This document shows positions 27,116-40,026 of a DNA stretch of 64,000 nucleotides, piece after piece. Position 1 is the stretch's first letter, and the number at the start of each line of letters is the position of its first letter. The position numbers and the translations under genes are program-made. Origin of the DNA: Ophelia neglecta (taxonomy: Eukaryota); assembly GCA_965285935.1 (NCBI GenBank), contig OZ260663.1:43028001-43092000 (forward strand), in the 5' to 3' direction. Below the pieces are notes generated by a model. It ran no database searches and was not told the origin of the DNA. It was given only the letters and a program-made list of their open reading frames with translations.

Positions 27116-27951
27116 AATAAAGGTCCCCGGAGATCAGTTCCGTCATGTTCGCTAGGTGGCGCGTTATGTATCACGCCGACCTACCTGTCACTACTGGTAG
27201 GGTTAACATTCAAAATGGAGGAAAGTGGAAAGTGGAAAACTGACAGCGAATTTAATAAGTAAACATACTGATACGTCGAAAAAAACAGTGAACAATTACC
27301 GGCAATATTTCATGAAACGGGATTATCACAATTCAGAATTGCAGGACTTTTGAAACTAACAGCCGAGGTAATTGCGCTAGATGCGCCGGTGATCAAGACA
27401 GATGATCACCTTCGTCTTGAATCTGAATTCCATACATTTGGTGATAGCCGTAGATTGGTCGAGTTTTCGAAGACGATCACTCATAAACCTTAGGGCCATG
27501 ATCTAATTGTGGCCAGTCAAGGAGCAGTCAAGGAGATGTCATGTGTTATGCGAGTTCTACGTATCAATGGGACGTCTGCGTCCTAGGTCTGTCTCAAGTT
27601 GCAAAGGCCAGAACCGAACAACTCGCATCCATGGGTACTTGTACAGCTGCCGTTGCTTCGACATAGAAGCTCCACAGTGTTTTACACAACAGAAATAGTT
27701 AGGCATGATCACATATTCTTTATATATCCTACTTCAGCTACTATCCTAAAAAACTATAGAACACGGCGATTATCGGCTTACCCTTCGATGACACGTGTTG
27801 TTATAAACAGATGACTATCTTAACCCTACTTTCTCGCAGAAATCGCTAATCTCGCGCGATTATAACCCAACTCGGTGGCGGTGACTAGCTGCGATACATG
27901 TCAAATAGGCTATGGTGCTTACTAGTAAAATTATCTCCGGGGTCCTTTATT
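27116..27951 (-). mobile_element. Non-autonomous TIR DNA element carrying a THAP-like N-terminal fragment
   Basis: 18/19 inverted termini AATAAAGGTCCCCGGAGAT ... ATCTCCGGGGTCCTTTATT. The - strand from ATG 27706 reads MPNYFCCVKHCGAS..RFWPL, with LIRR in a shifted frame, resembling a THAP C2CH start. Superfamily (Kolobok/Harbinger/P) unresolved. Confidence 0.6.
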
Positions 27952-30344
27952 ATGATAAAATTGGGAGGTGCGTTTTTCAATTTGATTTACATGTTTGCAA
28001 ATGTTGAACATGCCTTTCTAATAGGTTGGTTGGTTTCTATAAAAGAAGTTTTCTCTAATTCTTGTTAATTTTCCAATTCTTTATTCGTGCTCAGGGCTCA
28101 AACTGGGCAAAACAAACACACAATGTTGTTATATTATTTATTTTTGAGGAGAAAGTGCTTTATAACGAATATTTTTAGAGTGTCTGAATCCAAATTTAAA
28201 CGTTTTCGATCCACCGTCGACTCATCGATCATCATTCCATCGCTCGAGTAACGATCAATCATCAATCATTTCATCTATTGACAAATAAAAGTACCTACGA
28301 TCAATGGAATCGACAAATCCTATCATTCAATTCAATAAATCAAACGATTTCATTGAGTAATTAATTAAATTAATCAATCAATTCATCACTACGTTAATCA
28401 ATCAATCAGTTAGTTTGTCGATCTCAGCGAGGGACTAACCAAACAATCTTTCCTGTGGCGACCAAATGTAATAAATCTTTACGTCCGGCAGACAGCAGAC
28501 AATGGGCGAAGAAGCCGCCAGACAGTTGGCGCCCTTTTCGATCCATCTTTTCCACACTGACTGGGGTAAATTGTCCTTATTACCCCGAGGAATGTGCTAA
28601 GGGTCATGAACAGAACACGAATGCGAGTAGAACATTAAGGGTAATCTTTTAACATCAACTAGTCCTCCTCGTCATTGATACATCAAAGATCTTCGCAACA
28701 TACCCAGCGAATATGAGAGCTTAAGTCAAGCCGACTGTCGTTTTACTTATATTTGCCTCATTAGCGTTCTTCTTGCAGAAAAAAAGTTTTGAATAAGTTG
28801 AATACCATCTTCAATGGTATTCAAGCTGCCTCCAAAGTCTAATGCGTACATACATGCGTATAACATTTTGGTTCCGATCTACAGCTGGTAATTTTTTTAA
28901 TTGCCAAAAGGCACTGTTTTATTCTCTTAGCTTATGAGTTAGACATTAGAAGGAGGAGAGGAGAGGAGCCGCCTGGGGTGGAGTGTGATTTGGTAGGGGC
29001 GGCGAGAGGGGGGAGTGGGGGATTGGGGCTGTACATCGTCATTAGATGAACACCTTTTGTTAGATATTGTTTCAACTGAATCAATGAATCTGATAAAAAA
29101 AATCGATGTTGACATCGTTGACGGAAAGAACTTCGGAAATCAGCAATTCTATTGATCAAACACCCTCCTTTCACGTCAATCTGAAAGATATAGACGAACT
29201 GACCCCTTGACCACAGCGAAATTAGTAGGCTCGATGGTAGGCAGAGGAAACCTGTGTCCGCCAAAAGATAAATAAATCTTTGCGGAGTTAAAAGCGGAGT
29301 TAAAAAGTCATACAGTTTCGTCCCCTTCATTGGACAGTAAACGATGATAACGTAGCGATGACGTCACGATGGCGTCATACATTCGTGAGGAAACGCTTTT
29401 TTGCATTTGGCGCATACGTGTATAAGCGATTTTAAAAATGGTAAGTGTTAGTAGGCGGTGCTAAAATGGAAGCCGGCGGTAAAATTTGGTCGGCTATGGT
29501 AGTCGTGTGTGAATAATGGTGGTTGTAGGGCCCGGTTGGCGATGGTCATTGGGCATCCTTGCAACGGTCATGGCCGCATGTCTACAGTTGGTGCCAATGG
29601 ATATTGGATATGTATCGTTTTAGTTTACCTTCATGCTTGTGTAGTAGATTAAGATGGTAGGCCGTGGTAGTCGAAGGTGTAAAATAGGCGGTAGTAGACG
29701 ATAGTGATAATTGGTAGGCAGTAGCAAAATCTCCAGGGCAAAAGATATGTTAGCTGGCGGTCGGCGATTGTGAAACATGGTTATAAATATTGCCACGGTG
29801 GTCCAAGTGTCAGTTGGCCTATATCAAGCAGAAGATATATCAACGAACAATCGTGTAAGGGACTGTAGAACTGGGTATCTGGGTTAATTGGCCTACCGTT
29901 ACATTTGTAGGCAATACTTGCGCCACGTGCACACTCGAGACGGCCAATATTCTGGATGATGATACAAGGAGATATAAAGCTAATACCTTCGGGCATCAAC
30001 AGTAATCGGTTTACAGCCACTAAGACGTCATAATGACCGATACCAATGCTCTTTGTAAATGAAACGCTTTTTACTTGATCTCTGCTTTTAATAATGATAT
30101 GAAACTTATTTATAGATGGACAGTGTTCAAAAATGATTTAAAGGCCAGACGGTACAGTTCAGCCAATTTTCAGTGATCACCTGGCTGGTTTGTTACCATA
30201 TTGAAAACTGAGAGGTATGGCGTGTAAGACTGTATGATTACAAGTTAAATCTCTTGAAATATGAATTCTTCCCACGGAAAACGTTTTCGATTTGCCTTTT
30301 AATTATTGTCTACCTGTTTCAGCCAAACCTTCCAGCGAGACGAG

Positions 30345-30934
30345 AGACACTAAATGGCCTACGTGGTGATTGTGTCGTTAAACGCCGGGCGGGGGTGGGG
30401 GGGGGGGAGTGGGCGGTGGGGGGTTCCTCGGGCCCAAAGTGGGTAGGTAGGCTCCCCGGAAGGTCAAAATGGGGGGGGGGGGTCCAAAGTGTATGTCTGT
30501 CGTAAAAATGGGGGTCAACATTCTATGTTGGTCAAAAATATAATTATGTTTTTCAAAAAAATATGGGTCAAAATTCTATGTTTAAAAAAAAACAGGGGTC
30601 AAACTCGAAAAACGAAAAAGCAGTCAAAACACTAAAAATTACCTCTTTTTTATAATTTATTATTTATTTCAAAAATCTATATTTTTACAAACCGGAAACT
30701 AACTGTTGGACACTCACTCTCCCCAGGTGTTGTATCATAAAAAATGAAAAATGAGGGGCTTAATTCTATGTTGAGTGAAAACATGGGGTCCAAATTCTAT
30801 GTTGCAAGCAAAAAGTAGGTATCAAAATTCCATGTGACCTGAAAAAAAAGGGGGGGGGGGTCATTCCAGCGGAGCCTGCCTACCTACCTCCAATGAGTAC
30901 CAAGCCGGGGGTTAAACCCAAAAACACCAAATCC
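30345..30934 (+). mobile_element. 3' tail of an I/Nimb-type LINE (or LINE-tailed SINE), split by a MITE
   Basis: GACACTAAATGGCCTACGTGGTGATTGTGTCGTTAAAC (30345-30383) rejoins CCAAAAACACCAAATCC after 30917. Together they match the tail of the LINE at 34148 (GACACTAAATGACCCACATGGTGTCTATGTGTCGTTAAGCCCCAAAAATCCAAATCC). Confidence 0.6.
30384..30910. mobile_element. Non-autonomous DNA element with CCGGG/poly-G ends and internal repeats
   Basis: Flanked by direct repeat GTTAAAC (30377-30383, 30911-30917). Subterminal inverted motifs GGTAGGTAGGCTCC / GGAGCCTGCCTACCTACC. About 7 degenerate copies of AAAATGGGGTCAAAATTCTATGTT. Confidence 0.7.
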
Positions 30935-32826
30935 AGCCAGGCGAATTCATCTACATTTATAGAAGCATATCAATTTAGAAGGTATCAAGGTATATTTGTT
31001 AGTTACACTTCTGAAAAATTGTCTACATTTTTTAGTACAAAAAGCACAAGTAGTCTTTTTAACGAAACGTGGACACTACTACCCAAGAAATTGTAATACT
31101 CATGTCAATTAGGGTATAAAGTATGTGAATAAAATTGAATATGTATTTGTTAAAGATTTGACTGAACCCCAAATGGCATTGATTTTATTGCCATGTCACA
31201 ATACTCTGTTCCATTCTGATTAAGAAAGTTGAAATATTGTCCTTAGTGTAGCAAATCCTTTTGATGCACACAAATGTCCCTAAGAATAAAAACGTTATAT
31301 CTATATGAATAAAGTATGTCACAGTTCAAAACATCCAACGATGCTCTTCATTATATTAAATTTTAACAAAATTCAATCAAAATTGAGATAGTTTGATCTA
31401 TGAGGTCCAAACTGCAACCAATGACCACATTGCAGTATCTAAATATTCCAAGGTTGGCATTCATATTATACCGAGAAAAATATATATTGGTTAGTTTTCT
31501 GCACTACCCTTCGACAATAGGAGCATGTTGCCCTCACCATGAAGTACCATTGAATTAATTTTATCCCTATTTCACATTAAAGCCCCAAGCTGCTTAAAGA
31601 GCAGGTGAACATGCGCCTCAAATATGAAAACATCCCACAATGGTAGGCCTTTACAACCAATCCCTCCACTAACAACTTCATCTTCGAACGCTAAAGAACT
31701 TCTTGACTGGCCTAAGGCTTATACAAAAACAAAAAAAGGAAAGAAAAAACACGTCTGATCATACACAATATTCCCTTATTAAAAAAGGCTCTTAAATGCA
31801 CGTATAGTTGTCCTCATTTATATTTACTCCCGGTATGCCTTTCTGCATACAGAGACTTAACACACTGTGGCCAAATTGATTTTAGTTTTAATTGTTGCTT
31901 TCTATGTTTTGAAAGTACCTGAACGTAAACGCTTAATATTTTGTTCTCGTGTATGTAAAATATTATAATTTGAATTATTATCATGAGTAAATTGCTTTTT
32001 TTATTTGCAAGTAGAAACATAAGAATAACGGGATAAATTTATTTGCAACTCTACTCGAATACCATTCAAGTATTGAGATTTTAAGCAAATTAAATAAGTT
32101 GAAACTCCCTGCCAAAATTTCCAATATTAAACAACAAACTCATTATGCATTTATTGATAAAGAAAATACAACCTTATTGTGAACTCGGAAATTACCAATA
32201 TATTGTATATCTTCATTTAAGTATGGGTAACGGGGTGGGGAATGTTGGACGAGATTGAAAATAAATATAATAATAATAATGATAATATTTTTTAAATAAC
32301 GCCCTAATTAGTACAATTACTAAGCGCTCATAGGCAAATAAATTTATTACAATACCATGATAAAACAAAACAAAAGCAGTGACCAAAACATAGTCCATTT
32401 GGTCAAATACTCATCTAGAAAAAGATAAGCTAAAACATACAAAAAAATTCTTCTCAAAGAGCACTGTCAAGATAATCTTTGTGACATTTCCGAAATATTT
32501 CACAATCAACAGGAATACAAGTTGTTTCGAGAGTGAAGCTTTATGTACATCTTATTAAATGAATCGATTTTGGGAATTTATGACAGCAAAGTCAACATAT
32601 TGCTGAATATTTAGCAGATAAGCCAATTAAGGTCCATCCTCAGAGACGTGAGAATATTACCCTGTGGACCGTAGACATAAATGTCTACTCGAAGCTACAT
32701 GTCATTTAACTGCATGATGCCAGCAATGATGCAACTCATATCGCTTATTGGGTGTGCAAAAATGAATCCTTAGCTATCTATCTGCATTGCTTTGACTGGT
32801 AATATATAAATGAATCGAGACATTAG

Positions 32827-33390
32827 GGGCAAAGATTATGTTTTTTGTCATGTGCGTCTGTGTGTCCGTCTGTCTGTGTGTCTGTGCATCTGTCTGCAAG
32901 ATATCTCAAGAATCACTTGGCCGATTTCGATGAAATTTGGTGAGAACCTAGAATAGGACAAAGGCTCGAGGCCATTAACTTTTGGTTGACCTACTTCAAA
33001 AATTTAGGTCACACCGTGACCTTGAAAATTTCAAATGGCTATATCTCAGCTGTTTACTGACCGATTTCCGCAAAGTTTGGCACGTATGTAGCCAGTCAAA
33101 AAGTCTTCTGACAAAAATTATCTAATTGACCTACTTTCAAAATCAAGGTCAAACCGTGAAATTGAAAATTTCAAATGGCCATATCTCAGCCGTTTATTGA
33201 CTGATTTGCATAAAATTTGGCATGAATGTTGTCAGTTATAAGCTCTCGATCAAAAAACTTTGTTCATCTTCGTTATTCGCTTATTTTTGCTGAAATTTAT
33301 ATTTTGCAGAACAATTTATTACGATTGAGAAACTATCAAAGGGCAAAGATATCGTATCCGATAGGATACACCTTTAATTCCTAATGTTTT
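32827..33390 (+). mobile_element. Helentron-associated (HINE/DINE-like) non-autonomous element, 5' hairpin arm missing
   Basis: GGGCAAAGAT at 32827 and again at 33341; (GTCT/GTGT)n microsatellite; two 140-bp core repeats (TTGACCTACTT at 32986 and 33126); 3' hairpin GTATCC-gata-GGATAC (33354-33369) then a T-rich end. Confidence 0.8.
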
Positions 33391-34147
33391 CTTTACTTTT
33401 AATGAGAATTCCTGTATATTCCTGGCATTGCACAGTTATATTATTTGTTCTTACATAGACATATAAGTGTTTTTATGGGAATATATTTGGGTCTTAACAC
33501 CAAAAGCGTTCGAAACTAGCAAAATAACTGACGACGATTTAGCTACTGCTGAATATAAGCAATAACAAGACAGAATAATTACTGCGCAGTTTGTGTCATT
33601 TTATGAGAGTCGAGTACGGAAGTAATTAAGAATGGAATTCGTATTAAATACCAAATCAGCATTACACCCGTGCTGAATAAGTGGCCTGTAGGTGTTCACA
33701 GTTTGCAAGAACAGTGTCACATCCGATAATTAGACAGATATACCATATCAAGCACCCTGTAGGCCGCCTAAAGTTAATTAATTTATTCTCAGGCAATAAC
33801 TTTAAGAAAATAAACCGGGATGCTTTCTCGTAATTTAGATGAAAATCATTCTAAGGCTTCTTTTTTTACAAATGAATAATTGTATGCATTTATTTCCAGT
33901 TGAAATATATTTTAAGAGCAGGCGGATTTTGTAACATAACTGAATGGAAATAATCAAGCCGATAAGATATAAGCGTGTATTAATTAATAACTTATATTTA
34001 TGATTGTTTCCATTTCCATTTGGCTTGCCTTGAGGCATGTATGGCTGTCACGAAAAACTCTCTATTTTGGAAAGAAATAGGGTGATTTATTCTTACTCGT
34101 CCCAACAGAAGCGGGAGTAATTGTACACACCTTTCTCTGCTGGTCGG

Positions 34148-34643
34148 ATTTGGATTTGGATTTTTGGGGCTTAACGACACATAGACACCATGTGGGTCAT
34201 TTAGTGTCTTAAGTTGGGTATAGTTAATTTTTTATTGTACTCTCTATTTTTATTACATGGGGATAATAGTAAGAAGTAAGTCGTTATTGAGCTCTATTTT
34301 ATAAAAAAATCTAGGTGGATGAGTCAGATGTTTTTTCTGGCTAAATTGTGTTAGTAAATAAAGGTAAAAGGTTAGTTGTTCAATAAATAGATAAAAGAAA
34401 GTTCCATAAACTTTCGCACATTGAAATTGGTTTCCACGTTTAAGATCTACTACATTTTGTAGTAGAGATCTATAGATTTTAAGAAATTAAGGATCTGCTG
34501 TGGGCAGACGTTGTCAAATAAGGTTTTGAGGCTGTTAACGTTATAAAAACGGTATCTAGCCTCGGCGAAATCCCTACACTCCAACAGAATGTGTTGGATG
34601 GTAATCTGGCATTGGCAGCCCTCACAAAAAGGTGGGTCCTCTC
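34148..34643 (-). mobile_element. 5'-truncated I/Nimb-group LINE with target-site duplication
   Basis: C-terminal zinc-finger peptide EDPPFCEGCQCQITIQHILLEC...ILNFLKSIDLYYKM* (stop at 34450), a 3' UTR and an (AAATCC)n tail. Flanked by 15-bp direct repeat TTCTCTGCTGGTCGG (34133-34147 and 34644-34658). Confidence 0.88.
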
Positions 34644-37499
34644 TTCTCTGCTGGTCGGGCAGCTGGTATTTTTTTTGGCTTTTATCTTTCCAGTTACGGA
34701 CGACAGATTTTTGTATTAGCAATTTCATCTTAAAATATTTGGCCGGCGATTATGGAAAGAGGTGTTTCCCGAGAATCATTTTATTAACTTTAGTTGGCCT
34801 TAGTCTGAGAGCGTAAGGATGGAAATTCAGACCGGATATTGATACCCACAGGAGGCTGAACAAGAATGTTAGGAACGGGTTTGCATACCCTGAAGACAAG
34901 CATACCCTAATTGACAAGCATGTGACTGTCTGGACATGTTATTGAACGCGAAACGCATATAGATATAGAAAAAATTCTGCATAAGTTGGTTCTGGCTCGT
35001 GCTAAGTGAAATGCTATATTGCAATGATTCTATCGATCAAAGATTAATACATGTAGTTGGAACTATTCCACTTAAGCCTTTACGATGTCGAAAAGCCCAT
35101 TTAATGTAGAAGTTTTGGCAGCGTTGCACTATAGTCTTTCATACAGTTGCAACTTATTATAGGTATCGACTGCGCCACAGGCTCCTTGGCGAATTGTGAC
35201 ATTTTCCCCATCAGTTGCTGCTGCTACATCAGCACATTGCCCGAGTCAGTATGCATTACGCTGTGTGCTACCTTTACATTATCGCCGCGTTATATGCTAC
35301 CTTTCTACCGTCTGCCCCTTCATTCGGCATATTTGCATCAGCTGGCATCAGCTGTTAATAATACGCCTAAATTATTTTCTTCCGGTGCCTTCTTTGTCCC
35401 CTATCGACAGCTTTTACACATGGCCCTTATCAAATTCAAAAACAAATGTTTTGTTCACACACTGCCAACTATTCATTGTCTTTTGTAAATGTTCTATTTT
35501 GTACACCATATGCTATGATTCTTCACTTAAAGTTTGTCGTTTTTGGCGTACATACTTTCTGAGGTTTATACACAATCGGTTTGTTCCACATCTCCTAGTG
35601 TATAAGATTATTTCGTTCCCGTCTGTTAAGTCACCCGACCCAAAAGCCTAAGGTAATTTGACCCCAGAGACGAAATTTACCAGTATATTGGAACAGGCGG
35701 ACGTAATAAAAAAGCCTTTCGAGACCGTATACAAATTCACTAGAATTTCTACACAGCCAGACTGATACTATGGCTTTAGGACCGGGGGACTCTATAGTTT
35801 GGGGAACAGTTAATAAATGAAACCCGGGCGACCTTCCACTCCGGGGGCTGCTCTATAGGCTCCCTGTATTCAAACGGCGCTACGACAGTAACCCTACCCT
35901 AACCCACGCGAGATCCCGTTCTCAGTGCAGAGCCAGAGCAGCTAGCAACACCGAATCACACAGCGCAGCGCCACACCGAATACAGAAACCTGACATACAA
36001 GATAAAAATGGCCACTCACTTATTAGGTTACACTACTGACCTATATCTTTTACAGTGTCGTACTTCCGACACATTAAGTCAAAAGCATGCATTAATCCTT
36101 ATATTTACGGATTTCCGCATCCTGCAGATTCATACGAGATGGATGAAGCATTAATTTGTCAAACGTAATGGGTTGGTGACAAAAAGTAATTGGTCATCTA
36201 GTAAGTATATATCTTACCTGTCATAAACATCAACATGTCATTTTCTCAAAAGATCATTACCATATGGGAACTGACTTCCACTTTTGGTGATAGAAATTAA
36301 GAATAGGAAATAGATTTGTAAAATACCCAGGGGTAGGGAAACCCCATATAATCACGATACTGCTTTCAAAAAAATACTAAAATGGAGAATGGAAATAGAA
36401 AGGGGTAAAAAGCAAATGTAAAGAAAGAGACGGCACCCTTCATTTTTGTTTCGATGGCACAACTCTTTGTGAAACAAGTATAACAAAGTCTTGTCTGAAG
36501 ACCGTATTTCACGAATGTGTCTGTTATTACTCACAGGGGGTTTTGTTTATGATATATACTAGGCTCATGTTTGTATAATATGGGGACAAAAGATTTATCG
36601 TATAAAACAAATGTTTATACTATTAATCTTTAGTCCGTAGTTCAGGTATATTTCGTCCCATCAAAATTCGTTTAAAGACGTTATAGAGGTATTTCTTGCA
36701 TTTGGCAAACGCACATTTGGTTTACGAAAACAGTATCTTCATTTCTAAGGAGCTTGACAGGAAGCTACTATGTGTACTATAGAAAATCATTGGACAATAT
36801 TTTCTAATCGTGACTGTATTAAACGTCTCTCATAAAATGTATGGTAGGGGTGGGAATAAAAGCTCGTTGCTATTATGAAAGGTAAAAAGATATTATATAA
36901 GAATGTGGGCCCGTCTTCATATTGGGATTGCACGCAACCCGTTTTAGCTGAGTTGACAAAAAGACTGTGCAAACAGTTCGTAAAATTAGCTATTTATAAT
37001 ATGAAGGATACATGAGACTTCACACCTATGCAGTTGTTTAATGTATACAATAGTAATGATGATGCAGATTTCTTACAGCGACCAGAGGTGTATCATAATG
37101 GGCGAGACGACGATGGTGACCAGTGGAGCTTGTATATGTTGGAATTTTTTTCTTTTCGAAAAAAACCTCATGTCCAGTGATATATGCTTATCTTTGCCAA
37201 AATTTTGGGGGTAATGCATTTCCAGCCTGTAAATTGTCGATGGCTGAAATTTGTTTCGGAGTCCAGCCGTTGTTGTTAGATGGTAGTTTAGATTCTTAAT
37301 CATACTTCCTCCTGCCCCCAATTCCTTCAAGTCAGAGGAATCTAGGTTAAGACGCCTCACGACATTTCCCAATGGCCTTCAGTGATAGCCTTATTTGCCA
37401 AATATGTTCCAAAGAAAATATGTTGCAGGAATATGTTTTTAAGCTGGTTATTATCTTTTCTCTTTGAAGTCAACATACTCATTTAGTTGATCATTGTAG

Positions 37500-38578
37500 G
37501 GGACGGACCATTTGATATCCAGGGGGGGGGGCGAGGGGGGGGGGCGAGAAAAGCATGTGCTACATAGAAAATTTATTTCCACCCAAATCAAAGACAGAAA
37601 TTTTTTTCGCACAAGTCACGGCCATAATTATTTTTTCAAATTATTAGCTCTAAAGTTTTTTTTTTTTAAATCCTTAAAACATTGATATTAACAGAATATT
37701 AATAATTAAATAACACTATTTAATATAATATCACTATGTAGCCCATTGTACATAAACACAATTTTCCTGATAATATCCTGCTTGTGCTTTTGGTGTCATG
37801 ATCTTCTTCCATCCCTCATTTAAATCATGATATTTTTTCTAACCATCATAAAGAAACCAGCCATTACAATAATGTACTGCACTGCAGAAGTGTCCACGGT
37901 TACCATACGTTAAAAGCGTTTGATTAGTCATTAGAGGACACTTAAGTTAAAAAAAGTAACTTGCGAAGACTGATTAAAAACAAGAAAAAGAGTGAAAGAC
38001 GTGCAGTAGTACACAGAAACTTGTTGGCCTATTTTCAAGATAAAAACAAGCCAGCACCCCATATTTCCTTTAGGGAAAGGTTTTATTACTTGTAGCTAAA
38101 AACATGATATTCCTATTGTATATATCCCAGTTGCCAAGATACTTTGTATTCTGCCATGTGTGTATTTATTCCATTAAATTAAAGTTAATCTATGTTTGTG
38201 TCATCTTTTGTTCAAATACTGAAATCATAAATACCTTCTTTAATATGCACCAAACATTTGTTTAAGGATTGTCAGAAAAATTATTTATTGGGTCTCTCAT
38301 AATATTTTTCCCCACATATCTGAATCAGAATATTTTTTTTTTACCTACTAAATACCTTCTTTAATATGCACCAAACATTTGTTTAAGGATTGTCAGAAAA
38401 ATTATTTATTGGGTCTCTCATAATATTTTTCCCCACATATCTGAATCAGAATATTTTTTTTTTTACCTACTCTTAGACAGAAAATTTATTTTCAAGCAAT
38501 TCTCATACAGAATATTTGTTTCATATTTTTCTCGCCCCCCCCCCCCCCCCCTCCCCTGGATATCAAATGGTCCGTCCC
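37500..38578. mobile_element. Non-autonomous TIR DNA transposon with 3-bp TSD (TAG), Zator- or Harbinger-like
   Basis: Perfect TIR GGGACGGACCATTTGATATCCAGGGG extended by poly-G/poly-C and GCGAGAAAA/TTTTCTCGC. TAG immediately flanks both ends (37497-37499, 38579-38581). Internal 121-bp tandem duplication at 38228-38471. Confidence 0.88.
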
Positions 38579-39615
38579 TAGTCTGCTGATAGCTTCTTCT
38601 TTTTAATCAGCTTCATGTTCAAGGACCTCCTGTTCATGTTTCAGTAAGATGGTGCTCGTGGTAGATATCTGTGTTATATGTTCCGTTAGGTTTAGGTTCT
38701 ATATCGCTCCTATTCATTGTTCTCGCATGGCGCCATTGTGACTGATCAATTCAAAACACGATTTCTAATAAATTTAACGTCGCTGCTTTGGTCCAGAGAA
38801 CAGTTCACTCCTTCTCTGAGCTGGGTCAATCCTTTTCCCTTTCTGATTATTATTCCTTTCCTACTCGAGCCATATTTTGATGCCCAAGTTCACTATATCC
38901 ACGCGTTTACCTCATTATCAAAAATGTATGAATTCAAATATTTAAAATTCCATTATATTTTATGCAAATGATCCCGAGCGATATTCCTGGCGTGTCCGTC
39001 CTAGCACCTGCGCGTCCACCCTTCGATCTAAAAAAAAGGGGGGGGGGGGTTCATGAAAGCCATGTGAACAAACCTCCAATGGCGCTCTGTTTAATGGCGG
39101 TACTGGGGCAGCGAGTATCACCATTTACCTTTACGTCGCAAAGGACACAGATGCCGATATAGCACACATTAAACGATATCGGGTGATGGAAACTTATTAC
39201 TAAAAAAAAGGGGTACCTACATGTAATATGTGGCAAAGATCTAGGGGCGTTTCATATTTTGATAACAAATAATTTTCAAAAATTGACCCCACATATACAC
39301 ATAGTTCTGCAGTTTACAAATTCTAGCAATTATATTTAAGATTGAATAAAAAATGTCTCTTGTAGGTATTTGTAGGCTGTCTTTGCTGTGCTTTCCATAG
39401 GTTTGGCAATGAATACCAAAAGCTCTCTTATACCACTAGAAGTCCTGATCGGGGACCCGGCAGAAGCAGCTGCGACCGAGATCTTGGAAAACGCGGACAG
39501 TTAAGAAACCCAATAAAATTGGATACAATAAGGGCATTGTGTTATTTTGTAATCAATACAATAGGAGACAATGAAGCACAAATACCATTTGAGTATAATA
39601 TGATCCTTCCTTCTG

Positions 39616-39831
39616 TTAAGCGACACGAGCAAACCTATTTCTATACTCTAAAATGCCTTCCAAGGACGCACCCAGTAAAATAATCCATACATTAATCATA
39701 TAGTTACAAAAATCGAATCGTGAGGTGACCATATAATTCAAGGGCTCCCTAAAAGCGTCAGTTGTGAGAGATTTCCGGAAGAGAGCGATGTTTCGCAGGT
39801 GGAATGCCGTTGACTTGATTGCACTCAACAC
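39616..39831 (-). mobile_element. L2/CR1-group LINE RT C-terminal fragment
   Basis: IKSTAFHLRNIALFRKSLTTDA..MVTSRFDFCN..LLG..RNRFARV matches the L2-type pattern FHLRNI..IR..L....VTSRLDYCN..QN.AAR. Confidence 0.75.
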
Positions 39832-39932
39832 CTGTTGCCATGACCTCCGATGGATCAGACATCACTCCCTAGTTACCGATTGGTTCCGCCCAAGCCAGCA
39901 ATGTGGCACTATTCAGAGAGAAAAAAACATAG

Positions 39933-39971
39933 TTATTATATCCGCGAAATGCGGATATTATGTTTTCAGTA

Positions 39972-40026
<55 letters not shown>

